From positions 69,563 to 133,562 of the forward strand of contig RHPI01001442.1 of the NCBI GenBank assembly GCA_009103225.1: a stretch of 64,000 nt of DNA. Direction: 5' to 3'. A model generated the notes under the pieces. The model ran no database searches. It had not been told where the DNA came from and worked only from the letters and a program-made list of their open reading frames with translations. This document shows positions 1 through 12,496 of the stretch, piece after piece. Numbering within the stretch: the first letter of the stretch is position 1; every line of letters starts with the position of its first letter. Position numbers and translations under genes: made by a program. This DNA is from Chlorokybus atmophyticus (lineage: Eukaryota > Plantae > Mesostigma and Chlorokybus algae).

Positions 1-2107
1 CAGGTAGGCATGACCAATGGCGTATGACAAGTCTCCAATTAGGAGAGCCGCGTCAGCAGCAGTGCTATGGCTGTCTTTAATCATCATGGGCAATGTACCA
101 TTCTGTATGCAACAGACACAGACAGATACTCAGTGGCATGTTGCTTGTCAGCAGAAATGACTGTCTTTACAACTTGTTTACCTCATGGAATGTGCTTCCA
201 AACGCAAAGCATCTGCTCCATTCATTCACTGCGCGAGAAGCATCGCCTTCACCCCATCCAAACATGCTCCAGCTGCAATTGCCCATCATGCCCCATGTTG
301 GCTCCGCCAACACCCCAAGGTCGGCCGCTACCAAGACCTGCACGAGCTCCACATGACTGACACGTGTGTTGCAAACAGCACACTGTGCAAACCAGTTTTG
401 ACCATTTTGACGGTAATGACGGGTGATTGTTGGTGGTAAGCGTTGTGAATAAAACTGCAAGGTCAGATTTGCAGTCATAATGTTGTGGTCGTTGCTGTTC
501 ACACCACGTGAAGCATGCCTGTGAGTACGCGAGTAACAATAAATGCCAACAGCTAGCTACGAGTTGCACATACCGAAGTGATCTCGTTTGCCCCGGATTT
601 TGCAGCTGTGAAGCTTTGAAACTCGCTGAAGCGCTCAATCCGCCCATAGCGATAGACGTAGCGCTTACCAGGAACCAGGTCGGTTATCACCGCTTCATGG
701 ATAAATCCGGGATCACGAAACCACCCAGAGGCAGTAATATTGGCTGGTCCTTGGCATAAATTCTCTGCAGCGTACATAATTGCATGATGAAGTTGCATAT
801 CAGTAAAAAGGTACCAATGAACACGGATTCCAACACATGCATTATCTTGCAACGCAATAACTTTTCCTCAACGATACCCCTGCTTGAAAACTAATGAGGC
901 ATGCACAAAGTGTCCAACTCCGTTTCATTGTTGTTTACACACTGCTTGGACTTTGAGTCATACCTACGCCATATGTGCTGGTGGAGGCCATAACTGTGTG
1001 TGTGCTCTGCTCTCCCTCAGGTCCATACTCAACATACGCCTTGTTGTCGCTGCCTGATGTAAAGATGACGCGCATTTCTGTGGGATCCCCTGTCAGCCCT
1101 AGATGGCCATGCATGGGAGCTTGAGACTTGAATGACACGGTCTGCGATTCCGCCAGCAGCTTGAAACTGTTCCCTGCAGGTACTTCTGCACCTTCCTCTC
1201 CGTCCCAGCCCCACATGCGAAAAGCATAGTCCGCACGCATGTCAAACAACCTGCCACAATGAGTGCGAACTGTGAGTGCATCGCCTTTGACAACATGCAA
1301 CACAGCATGGCGCACGTGGCATGACGACGTCGGTGACAGCTCGACCATGCAGTCACCTGAAAGAAGCTGTTCCCAAGCCTGCCGGGATGTCGATGTAGTC
1401 CAGGTAGTCACTGGGTTCAGCAGACGGAGGAGAGTAGATACCTTAGGCAAAAGCAAACATGAGTTGGGAAATCTGAAAAAAAGATTTTGCATCAACCACT
1501 TGCCTGGCGAACGTTATAAGTATGCATGAGATAATCACCTGCTTACCTATCCAGGCTGCCTTGGTGGAGATGGGGTTCCAGGTCCACTGCAACTGCACCA
1601 CTTCGCCATTGCCGATCGAAGTCGTGTTTGCCCAAAGTGAAGCGTAGTCCAAGTTTCTGCCAAATATGTAACAAGCTTGAGAGGAGGCAGCTCAGATGCG
1701 CAAATAGTCACAGGCTCACAAACATTGCAAACCTTTGCACTGTGTCATGGTGCACTGCATGGCCAGCTGAATAACTCTACGACCGGCACAACTGCTTGCA
1801 GCAGGTTGCTCACCTTTGCAGCAGGTTACGGCCAGCTGTTGCCACTTGGTATGAGTGCAATCGGCGTCTTTCCAACTCAGACGCGTCAATCCTCCTAAAG
1901 CATGTGAGCTTTCAGCAACAGTTTTTGTACTGGTCCTATGGTTTGCACTTGCAGTGTACGAGTTAACTTGATAGTTTCAACTTATCACCTGCCAGTGGTG
2001 TAGTCTCGGCGGTGAAGAAAGGTTGGCACGACATCAACATGGCACACAGCCCTTGCAATCAAAAGCGATAGCAGCACCAACAGTAGCCAGTGTATGTGGC
2101 AAGGCAT
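1..2107 (-). CDS. Purple acid phosphatase / metallophosphoesterase with Fn3-like N-terminal domain (multi-exon, 3' part runs off the window start)
   Basis: ATG at 2107 gives a signal peptide (MPCHIHWLLLVLLSLLIARAVC) followed by a GT donor at 1988. Exons encode MHGHLGLTGDPTEMRVIFTSG, GWFRDPGFIHEAVITDLVPGKRYVYRYG, LVAADLGV (DxG motif) and, at 1-70, ALLIGDLSYAIGHAYL (GDxxY motif), typical of plant PAP/NPP enzymes. Confidence 0.9.
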
Positions 2108-3777
2108 GCTGTGCTTTTGTGACTTCACTTCAACAAGTTTGGGGTCAGCAGCGCAGCCTGCCAACGCAAACAAAGGCAATCTGTCGCTCATGCACGGAAG
2201 AGAACCCATAACTTTAACAAAGCACTCTGTCTGGCAAGAGTGTTGCCCTCAGCTGGTGACATCACACGCTGGCAGCTTGCAAACGAACTATGCGCCCAAC
2301 AATGAACTCTCTATCGTGATTGATGCAATTGCAGACAGCTGCTACATTACTCACGTGCTGTTACTGCTCACTGAACCCCTCTCCAGCTGTCAGCATTGCC
2401 TGCTGCCGTCCACAAAGCAAGCAAGGAGTAAGCGGTCTGCACGGAAGCAGCTTGTTCCTTAAAGACCAAAGCTCTCAGCGCCGTGCACAGCAACTAATGG
2501 ACCCAGCTACAAACGCGAATATCTTCCTAATGCTGCCTCGCAAGCGTTGTAATCGTTCAAGCCAGCGTCCAAACTGTCCAACAAGTTCACTGCAATACCA
2601 CGCTTTTACAAAAGCAGGCGTGGATGGTAGACTGTCGCTCAGATATGCTGATGTACTACAGCTATCAAAGCTTGCTGTCCAGCAGCCAAATGCTGTCCTC
2701 CAACTGTCGACAAGAGCACAGCAGCCAGCTGGTCGCTGGGGTTGTAAGCAACGGTACCAGCAGCGAGGTGAGCTTAGATCTCTACGCCAATCACATCACC
2801 TCCGCGCCTAAAGCAGGGAAAACAAGCAAGACGCGCTGTTTGTCAAGCGACACCGACAAGCAGCCTCCTTGAGACCTACGCCTACGCGCACGCCACCGCT
2901 GTCGTCGCCGCCGCTGCCCACGCTGATGTGACGGCAGCAGCATGCGCTAACGAACTGCAATGATGTGCCAGTTAGTTGAACGGCGGTTTGATGCTGGCAG
3001 GCGCACGTGAGGGCAGCCAAGTCGTGACCGTCAATTTGTGTTCAGCTGCGTTATGGCCGTCGGATTGCTGGTGTCGAATTTGGAGCAGAGCGCTAACGAA
3101 TTGCATCGTGTACAGGGAATCGAAGGTGTTAATGTGTTCGCACAGCGCTATTGGTGCTCCTCTCCGACTTGGGTGACACGAGACGTGTGTCATGATGGCA
3201 CACTTCTTGGCAATCCCATCAATGCTTGGGTTCTTTCTCACTGTGCACACGGCGTACAAAATGCTCTTGCTTTGTGTGTAATGACCTGTCTTGCGAACAT
3301 CACACTTCAGTTTGTGCGGCGTTGCGGACTGCAATTTTGCAGTGCATCAACTGCCTATTTGTCAAGCTGTTGTTGACTCTTATTGTTATTGTTGAACATG
3401 CAGGGGCCTTGGCGGACGCCTGCTGCTCAGAAGCGTGCATACTGATTTGGGTGCATTCAGGCTCTGTGTTTTGAAACAGCTCCCTGCCCTTCAGGCAGTA
3501 CTATACATCATAATCAACATTTTACACCAAGTCATTCTTGTTGCTGGGTGCCATTGCGATGTTGTTGCTACGCAACCCATGGCTACATTCAGGCATCCCA
3601 ACAATGCCAGATAAACCTAGCTCTGCTTGATCCAGAAGTCCCTCGTCCCAACAATGCCAGCCCAGCCAGAAAGGACTACTGGGCTGAGCTTCAATGAATG
3701 ATGTGATAAATGTCAAGCTATGACAAGTCAAGCTATACCATGCAATGCTCTACCGCAACTACTAGTGGCTTCCTGTG

Positions 3778-5565
3778 CTAGGAAACATGCTGACGGCTGT
3801 GAACACGAGCCACCAGTGAAGCCTCCACATCCTCCCAGTCATGCACGCGCTGAATTTGCGAGTGCGTTGGGCCTGCAGAATCTCAGCATCATCACAACAT
3901 CACAGCATATTAGCAGCAGTTGCGGAAAGTATAAGCTTTGCTTGATAGCGCTCACCATCAGGGGTCTTGCTCCAAGCATAGCTATTGTTCCAATCAAATA
4001 GTAGTACATCCAACCCTGCGTGTGCGCACTCCACAGCGTACTGCGGGTTGTCGTCTATCAGAACCTCCACGCCGAGCTCAAGGCATATTGCAGACTTAGA
4101 TCGCGCGATGCCAGAAAGGGCATAGTGGTTCCCAAAATGAACCTCTTGAAAAATATCTGCAGCAGTGGCCACGTTTGAGAGCACAACCTCAGTGTGTGGT
4201 CCATCCAACTCCCTGCATGCCTTGTGATCACAAACAACACTCGCTGATTGCCAGTACAGCGTGCCATGCGCTTACCTGGAAAATGTAACTGTAGCCAGTC
4301 CAGTGTTGGCTTTCTGATCACATGCTGCCTTGACCTGCAACAGAAGGAGGTCGCGTTTAGCTATGCCTCCTCTTGAACTCTTGTCCAGAAAGGTACTGTT
4401 AAAGTGCCCATTTGAGTGACCGAGCTTGCTATGACTTACGTGACCACGACAAAGTCGCAATGCTGCGTCAGCCTCGTCAAAGCATCCCTGGCACCCGGAA
4501 TAGGCGGGATGCCGGTCGCGAAGTCATCTGACTTAAAAAACTCGTGCACCCGGTGGTTTGCTGCAAGACTGCTAGTGTCAGCATGCAAGTGCATCCCACT
4601 GCATGCACAGGCGCATCTTTGCAAGCAGCAGCTGTTGTGGTATATGACACCTGTAGCCAATGCAACCAATGTGAAACACTTTTGACCAGCCATGTACCTT
4701 CTTCTTGCGAGCACTTCCACACCTGCACACCATGCGCACTGGTCAGCACTAACAATGACCAACACCAACAATAAGGACACGCGTAACTTCTTCAATATAT
4801 GTACCGTTTTGAAGTCGTATATCTTGAATTCTTCAAGCCGATGATTGAGACAGTTGACGTGGTTGCAATGCGTGTTGAGAGTATGCAGAAAGCGGGCGAG
4901 CACTGCAAGTGTACACATCGACAAGTCAGAAGCTTATCTCTACTGACAATTCCTGATGCGCTGCAAAGACTAGACGACCAACACTGACCTTCATCCACAT
5001 CAACACCAACACGGATCTTCTTGATGGGCACAACGTCAGGCTGCAAAACCCTCCGCCGAGAGCCGGGATCGGTTGTGGTGGTGGTGTTGGTGGTCTGCGC
5101 GTGCTGCGCAATCAGCTCGCTGTGCGACTCAAAAGGCCTCAAGCTGGACAGCTGCGGCCGCACTCGTGCAGCAGTGGCCTCTGTGGCGTCCGCCCTTGTG
5201 CACACACTCAAAGGCAGGGATTTCAACCAATCACCACGCGACCGCCGCTGCTGCTGCTTCTCGCCGTGCCTGCCATTATTAAGCTATCACGCGACCAACA
5301 TGCTTGAATGCCAGATATGCTGTCAACCGTAGCTCAAAACATAGCTGCGCGTGACGGTGACTGCTCACTTGCATGCAAGTCTATGCCAGTTGGGCAATTG
5401 TGAAATTGACAATTGACCACAATTAGTGAGACAAACAGATTGTCCAGCCAGAGACACCCTGCAATACCTTAGCGGGTGCCGCCTTTGAACGTTGCACGAG
5501 GCTGATTCTGTCGAGGAGGCTGTGGTGGGAGCACATGCTGCCAGCCTGGCTAGGAGGGCCGACAT
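3778..5565 (-). CDS. HAD-superfamily 5'(3')-deoxyribonucleotidase (NT5C)-like hydrolase, probable organellar transit peptide
   Basis: Spliced model: MSALLARLAACAP... | ...IRVGVDVDE|VLARFLHTLN (HAD motif I DxD) ... GIPPIPGARDAL...VVVT ... TLDWLQLHFPG ... FGNHYALSG...SKSAICLELGVEVLIDDNPQYA (motif IV) ... HSQIQRVHDWEDVE; TAG at 3780-3778. Confidence 0.88.
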
Positions 5566-5892
5566 GCCAACAACGGGGGCGCCCGGCCCACCCTACCGCG
5601 GCGCCGTCGCTGCTGCCACCGCCAATTGGCGGAGGCCTGTTCGACCTGGTCAGCAGGAGCCCAGTCCTCTGTGCATACCAGGCCAGCCTGCGCCAAGACC
5701 ACCCCGGGGGCCCGAAGCCTCACAGCGGCGGGAGGCGCCCAGCCGAGCTTTCCTTCTTAACGAAAAGAGTACTTTGCAACGACACCGTAGCTCCCGCTTC
5801 AAGCGGCCGCCGGTTCCGCCTCCGCCTCCTTGTCTTCCTCGTCCCCCGCCGCCGCCACCGCTGCCTCTGATTACGCTGGTATGCTCTACCGC

Positions 5893-6475
5893 GTGACTCA
5901 GCTTGTCACTCAAGGCCTTGAGTTTGGGTTACCCAACCAATACGACCGTAACACGATACGCCACTGCTGCTGTCATCAACTCGTTCAAACCGCAAAACCA
6001 ACAAATCAAGCGCCAATCTCCGCGGCATTCCCGCGCGCACGTTCTTTGCAGGGAGTGTCAAAGACTGTAACGTTATCAAGCTGCGCGGCGATAGTAAACT
6101 GAACGGGATGCGTTACTAATGCACGAGTGTCACGTGCGTCCCGAGCGTGCGTTGCTGTTGGCGCCACTGCAGCTGTCACTAGGCCTACTACTCACTGTAC
6201 CCTTGCGTCCCGATGATTTTGCTCGATCCAAGTTGATCCAGCAGAAGCATGATCAATTGAAGGGTCTTTGCCAAAGACCCGAGGTCATACCAAAGACTCT
6301 TGGTATGACCTCGTTCTCGAAGAGACATGTCAACTTCCTACATTTTGTCTCTTACAAGAAGGGCCTCTTGCCTCCATGTACGACTGTGCTCTTACATCGA
6401 GGTTGCATGAAGCGTTTGACACATCACGCACTTCATGTCAAGTGATGATGTGTGATGCTGTGACATATCACACAT
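5893..6475. repeat. Chain of adjacent inverted repeats/hairpins at the left edge of AT-rich spacer 1
   Basis: ACTCAAGGCCTTGAGT perfect 16-bp palindrome (5908-5923); TTGGGT-T-ACCCAA (5924-5936); GGGTCTTTG-C-CAAAGACCC (6262-6280); CGAGGTCATACCAA-AGACTC-TTGGTATGACCTCG (6280-6313); ATGTGTGAT-10nt-ATCACACAT (6448-6475). Confidence 0.85.
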
Positions 6476-6499
6476 ATAAACTACTTACCTATAAGGAAA

Positions 6500-9400
6500 C
6501 TAAGGTACTTATGAAGTGCGTCCATTAGTGCATAATCTGATGTACCTTTCGTGTAGGTTTTAAATGATAAATGTATTTTCAAGACTGATTGTCTCTTAGA
6601 CGGCGACATCTCTAACCCGGAGGTCTTCAACCGAGAGGTTACACAACGTATTGCAACTTATGATGATACGTCAGTTAACCTAATCACTATAAATCAATAC
6701 GCGAGTTTAAAAGTAGTGCATGAGTAGTTGTCGTGTAGCTTATGTTGAAACGAACATTATTATAATGAGATTTATTATCAAAATCGAAAACGTTTACATT
6801 GTCAAATTTACTAAGTAGTACCACCCAATAACTTTTTTAAGTCAGTAATGTGGCGGCAAATTGCATTGACTCTAAGTATGCGTACTACTTTATGATTGAT
6901 CATGCACACATATACGATGTGGCGCAATTGTTGCAGTGATGCACATGTGCATTTATTGAAAATAATAAGTTAATAATATTAATTTTGCAATTATCGTTTA
7001 TATCGTACTGATATAAATATGTTTATAAATAAATATTCCCTAGTTAACGCACCCTGCTTTAATCGTTTTTATGCTATAAGCTTGATCAAGCTTATTCATG
7101 AACTGTGAACTTTAAGTTTCACAGCGCTTGTGGTCGAGCGCTATTTATGTACGGTTTGGTGCTTACTTAAAGTTATAAAAAATAAATTATAATTTCAATT
7201 CATTTATAACTGTTATACAAGCATAAGATGCACAACAAACTTCTTATTGTACATATAGGCATAGCTTATTCGATTAAACTGATGAAGGGGTAATCAGAGA
7301 GAGCGTGCACAATTGATAAGTATTTCGAGCATATTTATGTCAAAAAAACTCATTTAATCTACTCTTTACCTTTGCTAAGATAAACTGCCACGCCCATTAG
7401 GCTGGCGAAAGTTATTCAACAAGTCATCTAACAAGTCATTGTCTGTCCCTTTCTTATATTGGTAGGCAGACATCAAGTGGGGACTTGTACTTTGCAAGCG
7501 TGTGTAGTGCTTGTGGGGTACGCTCTTATGTAGGTCTGCTCTTGAGCTTATGAGGTCTTGAGTATGATAAACTACACAAGGCGTTGATGAGGGCTTGCAA
7601 AGAGCTGGTCAATGCTTATGGCCATGTGAGCCCTCAGATTGTGAGTTGCCATAGGAAGTGGCAGTTGGAAGATAGTGAGGTAAGTTGGCAACTCATAGGA
7701 TGTGGTAGTGCGATTTGCCATTAATGTGACAGTTGTAAGGCAAATGGTGCATGTGGGCAATCCGCAAATACGTGTGTACTAGGGGAGCTTAAGTTTGTAG
7801 TTTTGAGGCAAGATTGTTACTCTTGCATGAACCCGAGGTAATGGATACTCCCAAGGTAGAGTTTGTTGGTTTTTATGTTGGGACAAGGTTAGCGCACAGT
7901 GACAAGGCCTAGGTGGCTTTAGATATTGTGTGGCAGGTCGGAAGAGCACCATGTGGTATAAATGCTAAGTTGCATTTTTGAGTGGGGATAAAGACATCTC
8001 TGTGTGTTTGCCTTACAAGAGGGCCAGTTGTGGGGTGGGGTGCCTGGTTGTTAGCTGTTGAAGGGCTTCCCCCCCCCTCATCCCTTGTGGGGTGGGGTGT
8101 TGTGGTGTTGTGCACGTGGGTGTGTTGGGTGTGCGTACTTGAGGCTGGAGCTGACTGGAGGGGCCGATGGTCATCCTCTCCTCCCTTGGTGTTAAGCTGC
8201 ATCCTCCCCTGCGAGGTGCTGCACCGGTGACGCTGGTGGGACTTCCATCTGCAAATTCTAAGCGCTTGTGCATAAGTTTGCCAAGGCCCGATCAGCAAGT
8301 AAATAGTAGTATTGTTACATAAACGACCTTTGCACCACACAACAATTAATTATGGGTATTTATAAACACGTGGGGCTGATAACGTGCGCACATCTCCGAG
8401 GCTCGTTCGTAAAAACTAATCGCGTGATAAAAATGAGAAACTAATTGAAGTTATTGATGCTGAAAACATTGATGGTGTTTCATGTTCTTTACCACATGAG
8501 TGCGGAGTGCTGATCACTTGGCATTGCAAAGCCGACCGAACCATGTACTACGATGGTATTTCAACAATGGTGTAGGCTATGGCACGGTTGCAGCGCATCA
8601 ATACCGTCCAAAATAAGTCACTGCATAGCGAGCGTGACATTGAGGCACTGCAAGTCATCATGTGTATATCATAATAACATATGAATAATGTTAAGCTTTC
8701 ATAATGTAACTTACAATGTAAAAGCGACATTGCTTGGCAAGCAATATTAATAGTCAGATTTGTTATGTAATGTGATGGTTACACTGTTGTAAAAATATTT
8801 CGAATCAACTCATAAACTCAGTAATACTAATTCTCTGCAAGTTGATTCGCCGCGACGATGCACCGTATCAATGAAGCGTTGAATGTGTAACGCTTCATTC
8901 AATCACACATTTAACCATAGAAAGCTTACCGCTAGCTTACATATGAAACTTCAATATTGGTTATGTCATAGACAATCGGTACGTATTACACAACCACATA
9001 AGTGCCCCAAGAGGCGGGATAATGGATGCACGCACAAGACATTAGAAGTTGTGCTACATAATTGAATCTCTGAAACGTTATGTGCATGTACAGCAATGTT
9101 TGCGGTCACGTGCATGTGTGCGTGCATATCATATAATACATTACCTACTCGACTCTATACCATGATGGTATAGAGTCGGGTAGGTAATGAACAGGCATGC
9201 ACATGTGATTCACATGGACACTTGCATGCTGTGTGACTAACGGGGAAGGCGAGTAGATTAGTAGTGTAGGTAATATAGCGTGGTGGTGGATTATATAGCA
9301 TATCATGTTGTATGTGCGGGTTGTGAATGTCACCTTGTGCGTGGTGGTGAATGACACTCTTTCCATGCAGCACATGAGGCTTGAAATCTTTTGTACACAC
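6500..9400. other. AT-rich intergenic spacer 1, ORF-poor and palindrome-rich; possible decayed repeat/TE
   Basis: Marked AT-richness relative to flanking genes; no ORF in the track between 6529 and 7571; perfect palindromes at 6939-6952 (14 bp) and 7076-7095 (20 bp); hairpin at 9139-9189. No recognisable transposase or RT motifs. Confidence 0.55.
9139..9189. repeat. 51-bp near-perfect inverted repeat (25-bp arms, 1-nt spacer, one mismatch)
   Basis: CATTACCTACTCGACTCTATACCAT-G-ATGGTATAGAGTCGGGTAGGTAATG, read directly. Confidence 0.95.
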
Positions 9401-10021
9401 CCATTGATACAATTGGCAGCACAATAAGACGACGTATGCAAATTCAACTACACCGGGGGCTTAGGCTGAGTGCTCTGATGTGCTATGTGCAAAATGCAAG
9501 GCGGGGCAGTGGGCACGAGCAAGCAGGCAGCACAATCAACCAACCAACCTGTTGCCACACAGGCATGCATGTTTGTGCTCGTATATGAGCACACGCGCAG
9601 TGTGGTAGACAATACGCTATTCACAACATATATGGTAAACACAATGACCACAAAAACAACTTGTTGTGACAATAATTAAACCGATTGCTTGAAATGATGA
9701 AAAGGTCATTATTATTGTCCAACTCAATTGTCGGAATACGCACACTTCACGCATTCAACTCATGCACCAACTTTACAGCTCCAAATCAGTGTTGCAATTG
9801 GTGGCTTTAAGAAGCTAATGTGGCTCCTTTTTCCTTATTGGCTAAAAAATTGCCTCCACAATACGCCAGATTCACAATCAAAAGAGCCACACTTTGACTC
9901 ACTTTTCTTGAAGTACAAGCTAACAAAGCCACATTGTAACTTAATATGCGCTTGAACTATGCATTTTATTTTCTTGGTATGAGATAAGTTTCGAAGCCAT
10001 TATGGAGCCAATTCAGATTGC

Positions 10022-11071
10022 TTAGCAGAAACACTGCTCTAGATGCGCCGATGTGCGCATGCATTTGACGTATACCCTATGCCATACAGCTACAGCAGCA
10101 AAGCGAGCAGTCACAGTCACATTGAACAAGCCAAGATTTGGGGGGCTCAGACCAGCGCTTGCAGCAATTAAGCTAATAGACCATGCTGCACCCTTGATTG
10201 ACACGCAGGGGGAAGCAAGCAGGCAGGCAGGAGAGTTGCATACATGGATGGATGAATATGGTATGGAGTTATGGATGGATGGTGGCGGTGTGCAAACTGA
10301 TGTGTCCACGGTGAGTTGTACAAGCAATTGATACTTGCGGCAATGGCGTTGTGCGCAGTCCGCACGCCGTCCTCCTCAGCCACGTTGCTGAACACCTCGC
10401 TCAGAGGCAATCCCCCAGATTCCAACACGCTCACCTACCAATAACAGTGTGTGCAAAGACCAACCAGACCCAGTGAAAGATGTCCTCCACTTCGACCACA
10501 TGCATTGGCATAGAGCATGCACACTAGCTGCAAAGTACACAGGCTTGTTAGGGTGTTCATTCATTGACTTCCACGGGCTTGCGAGCGAGCGAAATGCGTG
10601 CACATGTTGTTTCCTTACTTGCAAGCAGGTGGATCAACCCATCATCCTAGAGGCCGCCACAGCAGCTGCACCGCCGTTGCTCACGTCTGTCCTGCACTGC
10701 AGTCTGGTCTTGACAGCGCCTTTCAAAGGCTCTCCCAGACTGCTCCATCTCCCTCTTTCTCTCCCTCTGCCTCTGCCACCACCGCCACAGCCGCCTGCAT
10801 CAGCATCAACGCAGTAAATCTGACTTCTGGCTGTTGTCATGCTTGGTGCTTGTAGCAGCTGAGGAGGCGGCGCCCGCGGAGGAGGAGCAGGAGGAGGATG
10901 AGGAGGGAGACGTGGCAGATAGAGTAGAGGACGGGGGAGTTGGAGACGGCTAGGAGGAGGAGGAAAAGGCGAGCGAGTAAGGCGGGACGGGGCGCAACAC
11001 CTGCAGCTTCGTGTTGAGAGAGAGTTGGAGGCGTGGGGCTGGCAACAAAAGTCCACATAGCCTCTTTTCAT
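10022..11071 (-). CDS. Putative gene of unknown function (strand and exon structure uncertain)
   Basis: GC-rich low-complexity 5' region with a 145-aa ORF (10634-11071) resembling a transit peptide, a GTAAG donor near 10620, and a protein-like frame VLESGGLPLSEVFSNVAEEDGVRTAHNAIAA (10168-10434). No family recognised; a + strand frame (10053-10331) also looks plausible. Confidence 0.3.
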
Positions 11072-12496
11072 GGTGACTAACCCTTTCCACTTGTGTGGAT
11101 AGCGACATCAGCAGTCGGCCCTATGTCAATACACGTGCATGAAGTGCGCATGCTGTGTGCGTAAAGCTGCGCGCGTGTGAGCTGACTGAGCGTTGTGTTC
11201 GTGTTGGGATAGCGTGCCGGTATGTGTGTGGCAGTGGGCTTCAGCAAGTGATTTGTGGCTTGTCTACAAAAGTACTTACGTTACAAAGTAGCACCAACGG
11301 TTCAGTGCATTGCACGCTCTTCAACACGTGCAATGCATGCGATATCACAGCTCACAGTATGTTTCTTTTCTCATCGTTCTGTTAAACCAGCGGTGCGGAC
11401 AACAGTTAGCTTCAAGTGTAGTGTGTCACCATCCTGTGCATGCTTGCTTCAGTAATCGCTCAAAAATTTATTGAACACAGTACAAAACTCATCATCTACT
11501 ACTCAGCAACTCAGCAACTTTAATTATGTGTCTCTCCAGTGCATTGTCATGCATAGTCCTTACTCCCATAAGTGTTGCACATATTGATCACAGCATACAC
11601 TTGCATGCGTATTTCACACTCTTAATGTACTTAGTTCATTGTTTCAACCAGTACAGTTGACAAATATACACAAAGCAACTCTTTTATCACAATCACTTGC
11701 AGGCAACGTCCTTTGTATCCTGCGACTGGCTCATGCGTCCCAGCCTTACATAACACCCGCAAGCTTGCCCATCTCGTATACGCCAGTGCAGTCCATCAAG
11801 TGTTGCCGGCAGTCCGTTGCGCAGCTGGAAGTCAACAACAAAAACAGCAGCAGCAGCAGCAGCAGCAGTCAGGCTACCACGCCAGCCCCTTAGGCTACTA
11901 AGGCAGTATGCAAGCCGCCAGCTATCTCATGAACACTCAGGTACAGTCCAACCATCCCAGTCTGAATGCCATTGCTCTAGCATATTGTTTGTTGCCTGGT
12001 AGCAGACTTTGGTTGGGTCAGATCAGTGTGTCACTGCAAAGCAAGGCCCTGCACAGGCATGCTGATCTCTTGCAATTGCCAACACGTACTCATACATACG
12101 CAGTGAGGCGCATGCTGCATGTGCTCGGTGTCATCTTGCTACATTCATAGAAGCAAGTATACTGGAATTGACACGCCACCACACAACTCCTGTGCATTGG
12201 TGAGTAGTGCGTTGTTTATGTACTTACCACATCGCTGGATGCGTATGTGCTTGGTGTCTTCTCCTCGCTCTCTTCTCCTGGCTCCCTTGTGCTGACCTTA
12301 CGCTACGCTTTAAAACAACTGCTGCTTGGCCACGTGCAGGATTTAACTGGCCATATCAAGTCGCTAGCCAGCAGCGACCTGGACACTGGCTCCCAGCAAT
12401 GGCATTAACTCCTGCGGGAACTTCTGAAAGGGTGGTGATTCCACAGCTGCATTACTGTGTCGTCAACAACCCCGCAGATCACGTCCCCCCAGCGGC

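Noticed and set aside
2320-3500. Short ORFs between the PAP and HAD genes
   Set aside because: No coherent splice model or motif; probably UTR or promoter sequence.
6442-6540. Possible C/D snoRNA (GTGATGA at 6442, CTGA at 6537); similar pair at 56535/56667
   Set aside because: No terminal stem or convincing C'/D' boxes, and no rRNA-complementary guide recognised; these motifs are frequent in TGA-rich DNA.
7766-7785. 17/20 match with 53755-53774 (GTGTACTAGGGG), suggesting a shared repeat between spacers
   Set aside because: A 12-bp exact match between two ~3-kb regions is about expected by chance, and the similarity does not extend.
7460-7850. Stop-interrupted frame with Cys motifs (CDSCKANG…), resembling a decayed gag zinc knuckle
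   Set aside because: Needs frameshifts to form CCHC; no RT, integrase or LTR evidence nearby.
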